Shown here piece after piece: positions 10,009-22,000 of a stretch of DNA of 64,000 nucleotides. Numbering within the stretch: position 1 is the first letter of the stretch; each line of letters begins with the position of its first letter. The DNA lies in the NCBI GenBank assembly GCA_043803685.1, contig JAZDJU010000031.1:64001-128000 (forward strand), read 5' to 3'. The notes below the pieces were generated by a model. It ran no database searches. It was given only the letters and a program-made list of their open reading frames with translations, and had not been told where the DNA came from. The position numbers were made by a program, and so were the translations under genes. The stretch is from Candidatus Omnitrophota bacterium. GTDB taxonomy: Bacteria; Omnitrophota; Omnitrophia; Omnitrophales; Aquincolibacteriaceae.

Positions 10009-10692
10009 TCAGAGATTATTATGCAATAACAGATGATGACGCTCAAGCCAATGCTTGGCCTTCAGATAGTCCGGAGCCAAAGCTTTCACTTGGTGCCAGA
10101 ACGCTTGGGAGTGGTTCAGGATCTCGAGGTGGACAACTTCATGGACCACGACATAATCCACCACCTCCGGCGGAGCCATCATCAACCGCCAGCTGAAATT
10201 CAAAACCCCCTTGGAACTGCAGGATCCCCAACGCCTTTGCGCGTTCGAGATCGCGATCTCGGAATAACGAGCCCCAATCCTGTTGGCGTAATACCGAACC
10301 CGCTCGTTCATAAAAACCGCTGCCTGTTCCCGGTACCAGTCCCGGAAAATCCACCGGGCCAGGGACACACACCCCTCACGCAGAAAAAATCCTTTTCCAT
10401 TGAAGCTGAGAGCGCCGTACGTTCCCGGGACTATTAAAAGTTCGTATTCTTTCCCAAGATAAAGGAATTTTTCGCCCGCGGTGAAGGTTTTTGGCGCTGA
10501 GGGAAGATAATGTTCACGTGCAAAGTTTTGCCGCCGGAGGATCCACGGAAGTTTTTGCCGGACCAGTGCGTGAACCGTCTCAACCGGCATCCTGGGAGGC
10601 ACGCGAACGATCAGACGCGCATCCTGCGTCACCTGCAGACCGACCGTCCTGCGCTTCGAGCGAATGATCTCATGAATAAAAGGCTCTTCCAA
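10009..10692 (-). CDS. SprT/YgjP (DUF45) M48-like metallopeptidase
   Basis: RWGSCS, YVVVHEVVHL..NHS..FW. Confidence 0.9.
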   Translation of the reverse strand: MEEPFIHEIIRSKRRTVGLQVTQDARLIVRVPPRMPVETVHALVRQKLPWILRRQNFAREHYLPSAPKTFTAGEKFLYLGKEYELLIVPGTYGALSFNGKGFFLREGCVSLARWIFRDWYREQAAVFMNERVRYYANRIGARYSEIAISNAQRRWGSCSSKGVLNFSWRLMMAPPEVVDYVVVHEVVHLEILNHSQAFWHQVKALAPDYLKAKHWLERHHLLLHNNL

Positions 10693-10708
10693 CGGATCTT
10701 ACTCCTCT

Positions 10709-11281
10709 TTAAGCGTAATTTTTACCGAGAGCGACGGTTTTTTCGCGAACACCAAGTTGCTTTCGAATATCGCCTGACTCCCCTGCGTTCGGCACGAGAA
10801 GGGACGCGTACGGCATCCCGGAATATTCCGCCGTCAGAACGAACGGCTTTTCCAGCGCCTCCAATCCGACATCTTCGTAGGCGCTCGCCAAGAGAACCAG
10901 CGTCTTTCCCTGAAGCACGGTCCGCATCGTCCCCGCGGTGTTGTCCCACTTGTAGAGCGAGAACATGCGATCGATCAGAACCTTAAGCTGGGCGCTCGCG
11001 GCAAAGAAATAAAGCGGGGTCGCCATCACGATCACATCCGCGCTCGCCATTTTTGAAAGAACGGGACGCGCTTCATCCTCGATCACGCATCCGTAGGCTT
11101 CCTCTTTCTGGCATGCGCGGCAGGATGTGCAACCCGGGAACTTATATTTAAGGAACGCTGTGTGAACGAGTTCGATATGAGCGTTTTGGGAAACCGCGCC
11201 TTCGGCGAACCACTCGATGAGAGCGGCTGTGTTCCCGTTCTTCTTCGGGCTTCCCGACAGGATCAGAATATTTTTCGGCAT
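10709..11281 (-). CDS. Flavodoxin family / iron-sulfur flavoprotein
   Basis: GSPKKNGNT, CxxCxxC..C, ATPLYF. Confidence 0.85.
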   Translation of the reverse strand: MPKNILILSGSPKKNGNTAALIEWFAEGAVSQNAHIELVHTAFLKYKFPGCTSCRACQKEEAYGCVIEDEARPVLSKMASADVIVMATPLYFFAASAQLKVLIDRMFSLYKWDNTAGTMRTVLQGKTLVLLASAYEDVGLEALEKPFVLTAEYSGMPYASLLVPNAGESGDIRKQLGVREKTVALGKNYA

Positions 11282-11442
11282 GGGTCTGTTTTATAGCTGA
11301 TAGCTCATGGCATAGAGATAAAGGCGACTAACCGCCTAGAGTCTCTACTTCCACGGGAAAAGTTTCAAGAAATTTCTCAACGTCCCCGTCGCGGACCCCG
11401 GATGCCCCAGAAAACAGGATAAAAAAAACGGGAAAGGGTGCT

Positions 11443-11470
11443 TTGACTCCTCGGGGTTCTCTGATACAAT
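11443..11470 (+). promoter_or_regulatory. Sigma70 promoter of the tRNA
   Basis: TTGACT-16 nt-TACAAT followed by a GC-rich discriminator. Confidence 0.6.
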
Positions 11471-11521
11471 ACGCCCTCTGCTGGAAGAAAATTCCGTTGA
11501 AATTATTTTAAGGATCGCCGT

Positions 11522-13188
<1,667 letters not shown>

Positions 13189-13192
<4 letters not shown>

Positions 13193-13467
13193 GATGACGG
13201 GCCTCCTTTCAGGCAGGGATCGAAAGCGCCAGCCCGGCGCTTTGATCGAGAAACGAATAATACACCTGCCGTCAAGCGGACGGAAGTCCCGTCATTTTTC
13301 TGTTTTGCGATCCAATGCCGGACCAGCCATTGCGCAAGAATAGCCAGTGAACTGCTCCGGGCATATCCCGGAAGCAGTTCGGGCATCTCAAAATCTTCGA
13401 TGGTCAGATCTCTGGATTTATCAGCTCTATCCCGATCCTTATGAGCCGGATGGATCAGAGACAGCAC
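13189..13467 (-). CDS. Small hypothetical protein coupled to the recombinase (start uncertain)
   Basis: Its stop overlaps the recombinase ATG (ATGA). Confidence 0.35.
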
Positions 13468-14263
13468 CTCCCTTTTTCAGACGTTTAAGCTTTGCTTCTT
13501 CCACAACCCTAAGGTATTCCGCCTCATTCGCGTAGAAACGTGGGCCGAGTTCTTCAGGGCCGCCCAAGCTGTGATCGCAATACCGGTAAGGAATAATCTT
13601 GTCACTGTCCTTGTCTGAAAATTCAGTCTCGATTTTTCGGTCAAACAGATCACTGATCGAAGCGAAATAGAAAAATCTTTCGCAATGTTCGAAATTCTGG
13701 AACCACTGGATCATAGTTCTCTTCCCCACAATAAACAGAGTGCCGTTATTGTCCTTGTAATGCATCCAGTTATTGTGAAACATCCGTTCGTAATAGCGCT
13801 TGTTCTTCAAAGTCCGTTCGACCTCCACAAGAAACGAGTAACGGTCTCCGGAGAAGATCATACCGTCCGGGACCTTCTGCCGTTTGGCCTCCTTTCGCAA
13901 GACCCGTTCCGAAGTCCATTCGAACCAGGCCTCTTCCATGATGATTCGAACTTCCGTGACCCAGACGTCATGTTCATAGGTCTTTAGATCCACGTTTCTG
14001 AGAGGCCTGAGCCCGCTCGACAGATTCAGACTTTTCAAATACTTGACTCCCGAAGACGTTGTCAGATAAAGCGTCTCATGAGAAACCCGCGGCTTCACAG
14101 CTCTCAGATAGCCATGCTTCATCAGCAGATTCACCCTTCGCGCCGGAACCTTGTAAACGTTGCCGCTTTCAGGAAAGAACCTCTTTGCGATTTGCCGCAG
14201 AAGCAGAAACTTCTGCTCGAGGCACATCTTCAGGATCTCCGTATCCCTCTCGGTGATGATCAT
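13439..14263 (-). CDS. Replication-relaxation family protein (wHTH + PD-(D/E)xK)
   Basis: ITERD.EIL, HD..VT, KVPDG, EVERTLK...Y motifs. Confidence 0.75.
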   Translation of the reverse strand: MIITERDTEILKMCLEQKFLLLRQIAKRFFPESGNVYKVPARRVNLLMKHGYLRAVKPRVSHETLYLTTSSGVKYLKSLNLSSGLRPLRNVDLKTYEHDVWVTEVRIIMEEAWFEWTSERVLRKEAKRQKVPDGMIFSGDRYSFLVEVERTLKNKRYYERMFHNNWMHYKDNNGTLFIVGKRTMIQWFQNFEHCERFFYFASISDLFDRKIETEFSDKDSDKIIPYRYCDHSLGGPEELGPRFYANEAEYLRVVEEAKLKRLKKGGAVSDPSGS

Positions 14264-14900
14264 GTTTGCTCACTTTCATTCGCTTGAATGGTGGAACTCA
14301 TCCGGTCACTTCGGGATATGGACCACAATCCATGTCCTTCAGTCCCGGATTCTCTCGGTCTCGATACCTCTTGGGCTTCAGCGCCGTGTTAGCAACCAGG
14401 TTCTGGACTGGTCTTTGTTTTATTTATAATTCCAAATACTCCTCATGGGACATTGAGTTAAAGAGGGGCCGTTCAATGTTTTCGAACATTCCTAAGCTAG
14501 AAATAAATTTTCACGAACATCGATCAGATCCATTTAACCTGTCCGAGAGACCTCGAAATTGCCGAAAACCGTTCGGCAATAAAAACATCCACTTCCCAAA
14601 CAGGCCTCTCATGGGAGGTCGAGTTACGACATGGGCATTCACACCAAACGAACCTTTTTAAGCTAGAAATAATTTTTTCAGTGGTTTTCTCGTCATTTAT
14701 GCCTCGTCTGCCCTGCTCGTCCCCTCATGGTAGTGCCGTTTACGACGTGCCTGTTCATCCTTTGGGAAGGTTTTTAAGCTTGAAATAAAATTTATCGCAT
14801 GGCAGCTGCCGCACGGGTAAGAGCCCCGGAGCAAGTTAAGCTCATGGGAAAGATTCAAAAGATATATCTTCTTGGAAAACAGAAGTCAGGACCATTCAGA

Positions 14901-15050
14901 TCCAGCCCAGACCCACCCCAACAGCTTGCCCGAAGCCCGCCACAGTGCAGCCGACCACTCCCTTTCGATCTCAGGATGAAGAAAGGGAGTGGTCGGGTGC
15001 ATGCAACAAGGGCGAAGGGCAAGCTCCGATTGAAGTTAAGTGGGGCTGGA
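14901..15050. other. Long imperfect hairpin (candidate origin or structured RNA)
   Basis: Perfect 16-bp stem 14951-14966/14981-14996, extended by TGCA, GCCC, AGCTTGCCC and TCCAGCCC arms. Confidence 0.55.
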
Positions 15051-15117
15051 CTGGTGGAATCGTCTCCCTCACCTCATTCCACCAGATCGAGAGGGCGCGT
15101 CGGCCGCGTGTTTTAAT

Positions 15118-15246
15118 CTATTTCCTGTTAATTGCTTCCGGGGCAATTAAGGCGAAATACAATGATCAAATAATGCTTTACAGGCTAGTCGGCTAGCTTT
15201 ATTCTATTTCACGTAAATTGCCTTTGGCGCAATTAAGGAGAAATAG
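15118..15246 (+). promoter_or_regulatory. Two palindromic operators upstream of abiEi
   Basis: CTATTTC..TTAATTGC..GCAATTAA..GAAATA at 15118-15160 and a near copy at 15204-15246; AbiEi proteins are known to autorepress through paired inverted repeats. Confidence 0.65.
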
Positions 15247-15247
15247 A

Positions 15248-16054
15248 ATGAAGTTAATCGGAAGCAAGTTGGGGCGGCTGGAAGCCCAATTTTTCGCCTA
15301 CACCCAGTTTAAACGGAAACAAACGGTCCGTTGCGGGGAGATCGCTATGGCTCTCGGGATCACCCCCAAGCAAGAGTTGGAACTTCTAAGCCGGATGGCC
15401 CGAAGCAGGTGGATCACGCGTATCCGCCGTGGGTTTTACGCTGTCCCTGACCGTCTTCCCCCCGGTGGCAAGTGGACGCCGGGAGAATATCGGGCGTTAT
15501 CTCTGCTGATGGAAGACCGGAAAGCCCGCTATCAGATCAGCGGACCCAGAGCGTTCAATTTTTACGGGTTTGATGATCAAATGCCGAACTGGATCGTTGT
15601 TTATAACGACAGAATCTCCGGAGAACGGAAAATGGGAGGCCTTCGTTTTATTTTCATCAAGATCCCGACCTCTCGTCTCGGGGATGTTCATTCGTTCCGG
15701 GCCGGTGACGGAGCGCCCGCCATTTACTCTTCCAAGGCGCGAACCCTGATCGACGCGATTTATGACTGGTCCCGCTTTAACGGCATCCCGCGCGCCTTTC
15801 TCTGGATTCGTAAAACCGTAGCCGAAGATCCAAAAATGGCCGATAAGCTTGTGCGTTCTGCGCTTAAATACGGCAATCAGGGAACACTACGGCGGCTCGG
15901 GTTCGTTTTGTCTTGCTTGAATGTTAAAAAACAGCTTCTGAATCGGCTGTTTCGGGCTATCCGGCCTTCTAAATCCTTGATACCGCTTGTTCCCACCGCG
16001 CCGGTCCGGGGCAAAATTGACTCCGTATGGGGGCTTACGATCAATGAATCCTGA
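15248..16054 (+). CDS. abiEi: Type IV TA antitoxin, AbiEi family
   Basis: wHTH with RIRRGFY, A..FYGF.DQ.P, RTLID, RRLGF; AAGGAG RBS. Confidence 0.85.
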   Translation: MKLIGSKLGRLEAQFFAYTQFKRKQTVRCGEIAMALGITPKQELELLSRMARSRWITRIRRGFYAVPDRLPPGGKWTPGEYRALSLLMEDRKARYQISGPRAFNFYGFDDQMPNWIVVYNDRISGERKMGGLRFIFIKIPTSRLGDVHSFRAGDGAPAIYSSKARTLIDAIYDWSRFNGIPRAFLWIRKTVAEDPKMADKLVRSALKYGNQGTLRRLGFVLSCLNVKKQLLNRLFRAIRPSKSLIPLVPTAPVRGKIDSVWGLTINES

Positions 16055-16913
16055 AACTTCGAAAATAGATCCCGAAACTCTTTTGCTAATGATCCGAACG
16101 ACCGCGGAGCGGACGGGATTTGACGCACGGCTTGTTGAAAAAGATTATTATTGTTCCCTTCTTCTACAGGGCTTGAATGTGGAGAAAAACAGCCTGATTT
16201 TTAAGGGAGGCACTTGTATCAGCAAGGTTTTCTCTGATTTTTACCGTTTAAGTGAAGATCTGGATTTTTGTATCTCCATAGCGCCCAGTGATACGAGAAC
16301 CGTTCGCCGAAAGAAAATTGATCCTTTTAAAAGATCCGTGGCCGGCCTTCCGGAGAATGTCTCCGGGGTTCGTATTTTGGAGGCACTCACAGGCCGTAAT
16401 GTATCAACTCAATATGTCGCGTTGATCGGCTACGCCTCCGTGATTAGTGGCCGCGAGGAAACCGTTAAGCTGGAAATCGGCGTTCGAGAGCCTCTGATGT
16501 TGCCTTTTGAAAGTCGGCTGGCGCTGACTCTTCTGAAAGATCCATTCTCTGGCAAGGAAGTGTTGCCGCCGTTCCCGATAACGGTGATCAATGAACAGGA
16601 AGCGTGGGCTGAAAAGACCCGCGCGGCACTGGCCCGCTTGGCGCCCGCCATTCGCGATTTTTTTGACCTGGATTATGCAATCCGGAACAAAAAAGCGGCT
16701 ATAGAAAACGAAGAATTTCTTGCGCTGGTCCAGCGAAAAATAGCGGTTCCGGGAACAGGTCCCGTCAATCTCTCAAAAGAAAGGCGGGAGGAACTTGTCC
16801 GTCAGGTCAGCACTGAACTGCGCCCTGTCCTTCGCGGCCGGGATTTTGAGAAATTCAACCTCGACCGGGTCTGGGAAACTTTGACCGCGTTGGCCGAAAA
16901 ACTTCATGGATAA
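16044..16913 (+). CDS. abiEii: Type IV TA toxin, AbiEii nucleotidyltransferase
   Basis: VEKDY, FKGGT, RLSEDLDF, AEK, RDFFD. Confidence 0.92.
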   Translation: MNPETSKIDPETLLLMIRTTAERTGFDARLVEKDYYCSLLLQGLNVEKNSLIFKGGTCISKVFSDFYRLSEDLDFCISIAPSDTRTVRRKKIDPFKRSVAGLPENVSGVRILEALTGRNVSTQYVALIGYASVISGREETVKLEIGVREPLMLPFESRLALTLLKDPFSGKEVLPPFPITVINEQEAWAEKTRAALARLAPAIRDFFDLDYAIRNKKAAIENEEFLALVQRKIAVPGTGPVNLSKERREELVRQVSTELRPVLRGRDFEKFNLDRVWETLTALAEKLHG

Positions 16914-16943
16914 TACTGTTCGCGACAATAGAGGATTGCGATC

Positions 16944-17210
16944 ATGCAAAAGGAAAAAGAGGCGGCCTTAGCCGTCCTTTCGAGACATTGGAAGAAAAGA
17001 CAGTTTGATGATGGAATGACCGGAGAGGAGATTCTCGGTGTCCTCCAAAAGCTCGGGGTCAATCCCGGTAAGTTTTGGGAGAAGTTGGGAATAAATACCT
17101 GCGCTGTGGATAAGAAAACCAAAAAGGTTTTGCATTACCATTGTGACATCGAAACGGCACTGAAATGTTGCATTGAAAATAGAGAAAAATCTCTTGCGGA
17201 ATGGGACTAA
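16944..17210 (+). CDS. Hypothetical protein
   Basis: 88-aa ORF with GAGG RBS. Confidence 0.6.
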   Translation: MQKEKEAALAVLSRHWKKRQFDDGMTGEEILGVLQKLGVNPGKFWEKLGINTCAVDKKTKKVLHYHCDIETALKCCIENREKSLAEWD

Positions 17211-17274
17211 AGTTTAAATTATTGTTCCGTTTGTGGAATCAAAAGATCCAGAAAGAAATCAAGGGGAGGCGATT

Positions 17275-17478
17275 ATGCCGAAAGCCACACTGACTTTTAA
17301 TCTTCCGGACGAGGACGGTGCTTTTAAGATGGCACAACGCGGCGGCGATTACTATGGCGCCTTGATGGAGATCAGCAGGGTTTTTCGAGAACATCGGAAG
17401 TATGACAAACCGATGCAGGAGTGCTGGGACGAGATTGATTCAATCGTGCACGAGGCCAAGCTCGATGATATTGAGTGA
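17275..17478 (+). CDS. Small hypothetical (phage-like) protein
   Basis: MPKATLTFNLPDE.., GGGGAGG RBS. Confidence 0.6.
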   Translation: MPKATLTFNLPDEDGAFKMAQRGGDYYGALMEISRVFREHRKYDKPMQECWDEIDSIVHEAKLDDIE

Positions 17479-17800
17479 TGCCGTACTTTTGCGCCTGAAT
17501 AAGCAGCTTGGAAGTCTGGAATAGCATGAAAAACAGCTGGCAAAAGTTTTGCTCGCATGAACGACGCGAATGGTATCCTAAGTCTCGGAATGGTATATCA
17601 AATGGGATGCTCTCAACGCACGCACCCCAAGCGTGCCTACAGCCAATTTTTGTAACGCACCCCATTTAAACGACTTACGACATTAACCCCTACTGCCATA
17701 TTCAGATGCGTTTAGCATATCTTAGTATCCGTTAGTATCCGGTTGCATCTGGTTGTATCGAAATTAGCTTAATTCTAGCATAGGCGGCGGCTTGATTTTT

Positions 17801-20800
17801 CTATGGCCGGACATCGAAAGCGATCGGGCCTCGTGAGGAAAAGCCTAATTCAAAGCGCACCATTAGCCCAGGCCTAAGCATCTGCCTATTGTTCTGAGAC
17901 CGAGGGTCAAAGAAAATTCCTTCAAGCCAACCTGGTATGTTGTGCCCGTGGATATCTCCCTGTTTTTCGGTTAGAACACCAGAAATAGTCCCCCGAAATG
18001 TTCTTCGCGCGCCAGCCTCCATCCAGAATAATTGCACTCTCCTCTGGAGATATCGCGGAGCATTTCTATGCGACTGACTAAATAATCTTTTTGCTTCTTT
18101 AAAGTTTTCGTTCGAGGCATAGATTACGGCCATTTGGAATGTCGATTTCCATGCGGGGCGAAAATCAGCTCTCTCTGTCAGCAATCTCACTAAATCATGA
18201 AGCTTCTTATAATCCGGAGATTTGTTTAAAAGATCGAGTTCTATTTTTAATCTGAGAGCCGAGGTTGGGGCTATTTTTACTCCCAAAGACACATCTAGAT
18301 ATTGATTGGCCTTGACCACATCCGAATTTTTATAATATTCAATTGCTGCAAGGGTATAGTAACCAAGCCCGTTCCCTTGACCTAAAAGCACTCGCGCTTT
18401 CTCTTCAGCATCCTCTATTGATATTTCGAGAAGTAATTCGATTTGCAGAGCCTTCAGCCTATCTTCAGTCTCTGGATCATCAATATGATTCTCAAGCCCC
18501 TCAATCACAATGTCCAGAGCCTCACTAATCAACGCGATCTTGGAAGTATCATCCGCCGCTTGCTTGGCAAGCTCTTTTAATATCCTCGCGTGCACATCAT
18601 AGGCATGAGCATTGAAGTAAGGCGTTGCACCTCTTTCTTGCGCTCGCGCGGCATCTAGCATTGAAAAGATTTCTTCCATGGCAGGAGATTTTCGTGTAAG
18701 AGCCTGATGATTTTTTTTCTGTTGGCTCCACTTGACGTTTGCGAGCGTCGTAAGAATATTACTCTGTCTCTCCACCAAAGCATAAGACTTCTCCGGCTCC
18801 CGAAGAGCCTCTTCCAAAATGGGAACGATCCTGGGATCCTCAGGGTTACCGATGGAGTAAAACCTGGCTAAGTGATGCAGAATAGGACGTGCTGGGTGAC
18901 ATGATTTGAGGGCCAGCAATGCCTTTTCTAAACCAGATTCGGAAAAAGGAAGGCCTTTTTTTCGGAACGCATTCACGCCATTTGCTATCAGAATAGAGCC
19001 AGCAAGTTCGGCTTCAATCGTGAGTCTGAGATCAAGACTTTGGGCGATGCATATTAACACCGCATCCATTACATCTTTGCCAAGAATGGTGCAAATTCGT
19101 TTTGCGATCAAAGGATGGTAGATCGAAAGTAATATATTAAGCCTACTATCGATGCTGTCCTTTATAAAGACACCCGCCATATCCCTAACTAAGGAATAAA
19201 TGTCCGAATAGGAAATATCTTTTCCGCTAAGTCTGTTGACGCTATCGCGAAGAACGGAAATTGGCATCTCTAATTCAAGCGAAGATGCTAAGGCGCATAT
19301 TGCGACCGCATTCTGAGACTCTGAGTCAGCCAGTTGAGCAAATTGTTCCTCGACAATTTTATTGATAGATCTTTTTGTTGGGTCTAGCGTTCTGTAAACA
19401 ATCGCAAGAAACATTTTTTCATCAGAAATGATGCCCTCTATTTCCGACCGGTCTATTGAGATAAAACCGTGTCGCCTAATAGCATCCATTAAATAATCAG
19501 TAATCGCGGTTTTTTGGGTGGAAGGCAAGTCAACATCCGTATTAATTATCACGCGCTTAAAACCTTTGATTAAGCTTAGTTCGATTTGGGAAGGGTCTGT
19601 GTCTTCATACACAAATGCGGCCACTAAATGTTTGCTGTTCTTGCAAAGACTCAGAAATTGGTTTATCGCCAACTCACTAGCCTGGGTTTTAGACCAAAAG
19701 ACAAATAGTTTCGGAGGAGCAATGCCTGCAGAAACTGCCGATTTATTGACCCCTTCAACAAAATGGCTGAATTCCTCAGCCGCAGGTATAGGTCTTACCG
19801 CGTAATTAGATACCTGAATAGCAACGGCTCTGTGCTCATAAACCAATCTTTGAATAGCTGCCATAATTGCGAATGTTCTTCCCGAGCCGGGGCTTCCGAC
19901 CACGGATACCAGCTTTGACTCTGTCGGATCTTTGAGAGAAGAGTTATCAAGCACTGCGTTAACAATGGCGTCAATTTCCCCCCTCTTGAAATGCCAGCCT
20001 TGGACAAACGGGTAAAAACTTTCCGTTTGCCCCTTCAGAAATGAATTGGCATTAACACTTTCGCGAAAGTTCTCCGACAATACTGGATTGTACCGAGACA
20101 AGAAGTTTGAAATTTCAACCGACTTAATAGGCACCACGTCTGCACCCAACTGAAGACCTTTAAGAGAAAAATCATTTGGATTATGGAGTTTTACCTGCTC
20201 GGAAATCTGGCTGGAGAAATCTTTTAAATCTTGTACGATGCACTGAACTTTTAACGACTCAAATAAATAGGCTTTTTCCTCGGAAGGCTTATCTTTGAAT
20301 AAAGCATAGTGCGTATTTGATGGGTTACCCAAGATCTTATTTAGTTTTTCAAGAATCTTAATAAAAATACCATCATCAAAAGAATATCCGACAAATAAAA
20401 ACGAGAGATTAGCCGCATGTCTCTCTAATAAGTCAAAAAGTTGCGCTCTGCTTGTTTCCGCCAGCGAAAGATCGCCTTGATCGAGCACCATTGCGCCTAG
20501 TTGTCCTGGAAGAGCATCGACACTTCCCATCAGTTTGACGCAAAGCAGTTCCGAATTAATGCCAGTCAGAGCGAATTCATCCCCCTTAAAAACTTTCCTG
20601 ACTGCTTTCTTCTGGTTTTCAGCAAGTGCGTTCTCGAGACCCGTGTCATAGTTTGTAGTAAAAGCCGTAAACCAAGGGAGAGCAGCTAATTTATTTACAG
20701 GCGGAATGACCTTAGCATCTTTCAGTCTTTCCTGAACAGCTCGGTACGTTACGTCATAACCATTTTTCTTGCAGAGATCACCTACGATTTGGAAAGTATC

Positions 20801-20998
20801 CTTAAGGGGGCTTGTATATTTGAATTTTTTTATTAGATATTCAACCAGCTGACTCCACGTAGCTCCGCCACTATCCACCGTTAAGCCCGCACCAGCAAAA
20901 ATAACACAACGTTGCTGGGCTATCGCGACGGATAGTCTTTTGATTTCATTCGAAACCGCACCCGCTTCGGGAGAAATCGAACGTTTGCTGTCACTCAT
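17801..20998 (-). CDS. SIR2-like + P-loop NTPase + TPR + C-terminal OB/cold-shock fold protein (SAMD9/Avs9-like putative antiphage protein)
   Basis: IFAGAG, TTNYD, KLMGS, LFVGYSF.D; Walker A GSPGSGRT; HP.IA; helical repeats; C-terminal G.I..G.I..IFF..V.FELGFS.RGP.A. Confidence 0.8.
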   Translation of the reverse strand: MSDSKRSISPEAGAVSNEIKRLSVAIAQQRCVIFAGAGLTVDSGGATWSQLVEYLIKKFKYTSPLKDTFQIVGDLCKKNGYDVTYRAVQERLKDAKVIPPVNKLAALPWFTAFTTNYDTGLENALAENQKKAVRKVFKGDEFALTGINSELLCVKLMGSVDALPGQLGAMVLDQGDLSLAETSRAQLFDLLERHAANLSFLFVGYSFDDGIFIKILEKLNKILGNPSNTHYALFKDKPSEEKAYLFESLKVQCIVQDLKDFSSQISEQVKLHNPNDFSLKGLQLGADVVPIKSVEISNFLSRYNPVLSENFRESVNANSFLKGQTESFYPFVQGWHFKRGEIDAIVNAVLDNSSLKDPTESKLVSVVGSPGSGRTFAIMAAIQRLVYEHRAVAIQVSNYAVRPIPAAEEFSHFVEGVNKSAVSAGIAPPKLFVFWSKTQASELAINQFLSLCKNSKHLVAAFVYEDTDPSQIELSLIKGFKRVIINTDVDLPSTQKTAITDYLMDAIRRHGFISIDRSEIEGIISDEKMFLAIVYRTLDPTKRSINKIVEEQFAQLADSESQNAVAICALASSLELEMPISVLRDSVNRLSGKDISYSDIYSLVRDMAGVFIKDSIDSRLNILLSIYHPLIAKRICTILGKDVMDAVLICIAQSLDLRLTIEAELAGSILIANGVNAFRKKGLPFSESGLEKALLALKSCHPARPILHHLARFYSIGNPEDPRIVPILEEALREPEKSYALVERQSNILTTLANVKWSQQKKNHQALTRKSPAMEEIFSMLDAARAQERGATPYFNAHAYDVHARILKELAKQAADDTSKIALISEALDIVIEGLENHIDDPETEDRLKALQIELLLEISIEDAEEKARVLLGQGNGLGYYTLAAIEYYKNSDVVKANQYLDVSLGVKIAPTSALRLKIELDLLNKSPDYKKLHDLVRLLTERADFRPAWKSTFQMAVIYASNENFKEAKRLFSQSHRNAPRYLQRRVQLFWMEAGARRTFRGTISGVLTEKQGDIHGHNIPGWLEGIFFDPRSQNNRQMLRPGLMVRFELGFSSRGPIAFDVRP

Positions 20999-21254
20999 AG
21001 GTCTACACTAAATTCCTTTAGACAAAGATTTTCCGACATCCCAAGTGCGTACCTTTGTCATATTTTTATAGAAACGGATCACTAACTGGGTAATTATACC
21101 CCCGTCGGAATGGACTGGCTAGGCAAGTTTCCATGACCGTCTGATTCGTTCTTTAAGAGTCAAACACACGCACCCTAAGTGGGTGTTCTACTCACGAGAA
21201 TTTCTGGCTTTGATTGGAATTTTATTTTATTATGATTTTTCATGTGTGGTGTTT

Positions 21255-21794
21255 ATGGTCAGAAGTTTCGAGAAAATTCTAAGGCTTGCCAAACGGGCGG
21301 CGGAATTTGCGCTAGATAAAGATGAAGGTTACGATCGGATGCGGTTTCTTGCGCTTGAAGAAGGGATGAGACGCGAAACACTGGAATATTATGCGAATGC
21401 TTATCAGGCTGCCGGAGAATCGGGAGTACGCGCGCTTTCTTACAAGAAAAAGATGCCGGAAAGCATCCGAGCCGAAGCCGTTAAGGCCGTGAATGAATTT
21501 CTTCTCAACCGTCTTCCCAAAAATCTCCCTGCCGGAACAATCTGGTTCCAGTCCGTTGCCAAGGACAACCATATCACCGCACTTGAGAAGCGGCCTTTGT
21601 TCAGTGCCCCTAAACAGTCCTCAGCTATTGAAATTTTTCAGATTCGGTATACCGATTACGATCAGCGGTGGCACCTTTACTGGAAGCGCGCTTCAGGGAA
21701 ATGGTGGCCCTACATCGGGAAAAAAGAGATGAAATCCGTTAAAGATTGCCTTCGTGAAGTAACGGACGATGATTCAGGATGTTTTCGGGGTTGA
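21255..21794 (+). CDS. DUF3024-domain protein with an N-terminal extension
   Basis: IFQIRY....W.LYWKRA.GKW.PY......L.EV..D..GCF.G. Confidence 0.75.
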   Translation: MVRSFEKILRLAKRAAEFALDKDEGYDRMRFLALEEGMRRETLEYYANAYQAAGESGVRALSYKKKMPESIRAEAVKAVNEFLLNRLPKNLPAGTIWFQSVAKDNHITALEKRPLFSAPKQSSAIEIFQIRYTDYDQRWHLYWKRASGKWWPYIGKKEMKSVKDCLREVTDDDSGCFRG

Positions 21795-21807
21795 GCCCAA
21801 CATTACC

Positions 21808-21840
21808 GTTTCAAACTGCAAATTCTCCTCGAGCCAGTAT
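21808..21840 (+). repeat. 33-bp direct repeat copy 1 (att-like)
   Basis: GTTTCAAACTGCAAATTCTCCTCGAGCCAGTAT, 32/33 identical to 23328-23360. Confidence 0.8.
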
Positions 21841-21950
21841 TTCTCTCCGCCACAATGCACTGGACGGATCCGTCCTTCGGCGGAGAAATGTTCCTGTGTT
21901 TTATGACCAAAGCGGGGAAATTTGGGGGTCCAAAGCACTGAGAACAGGGC

Positions 21951-21979
21951 TTGATGCTGACGTATAACAATGTTATATT
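21951..21979 (+). promoter_or_regulatory. Promoter and palindromic operator of relBE
   Basis: TTGATG-17-TATATT overlapping the palindrome TATAACAATGTTATA. Confidence 0.6.
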
Positions 21980-22000
21980 TTCAATAATTGGAGGTGGATC

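Noticed and set aside
14266..15196. Short ORFs in the island intergenic region
   Set aside because: No recognisable motifs or RBS; the region is dominated by hairpin and operator sequences
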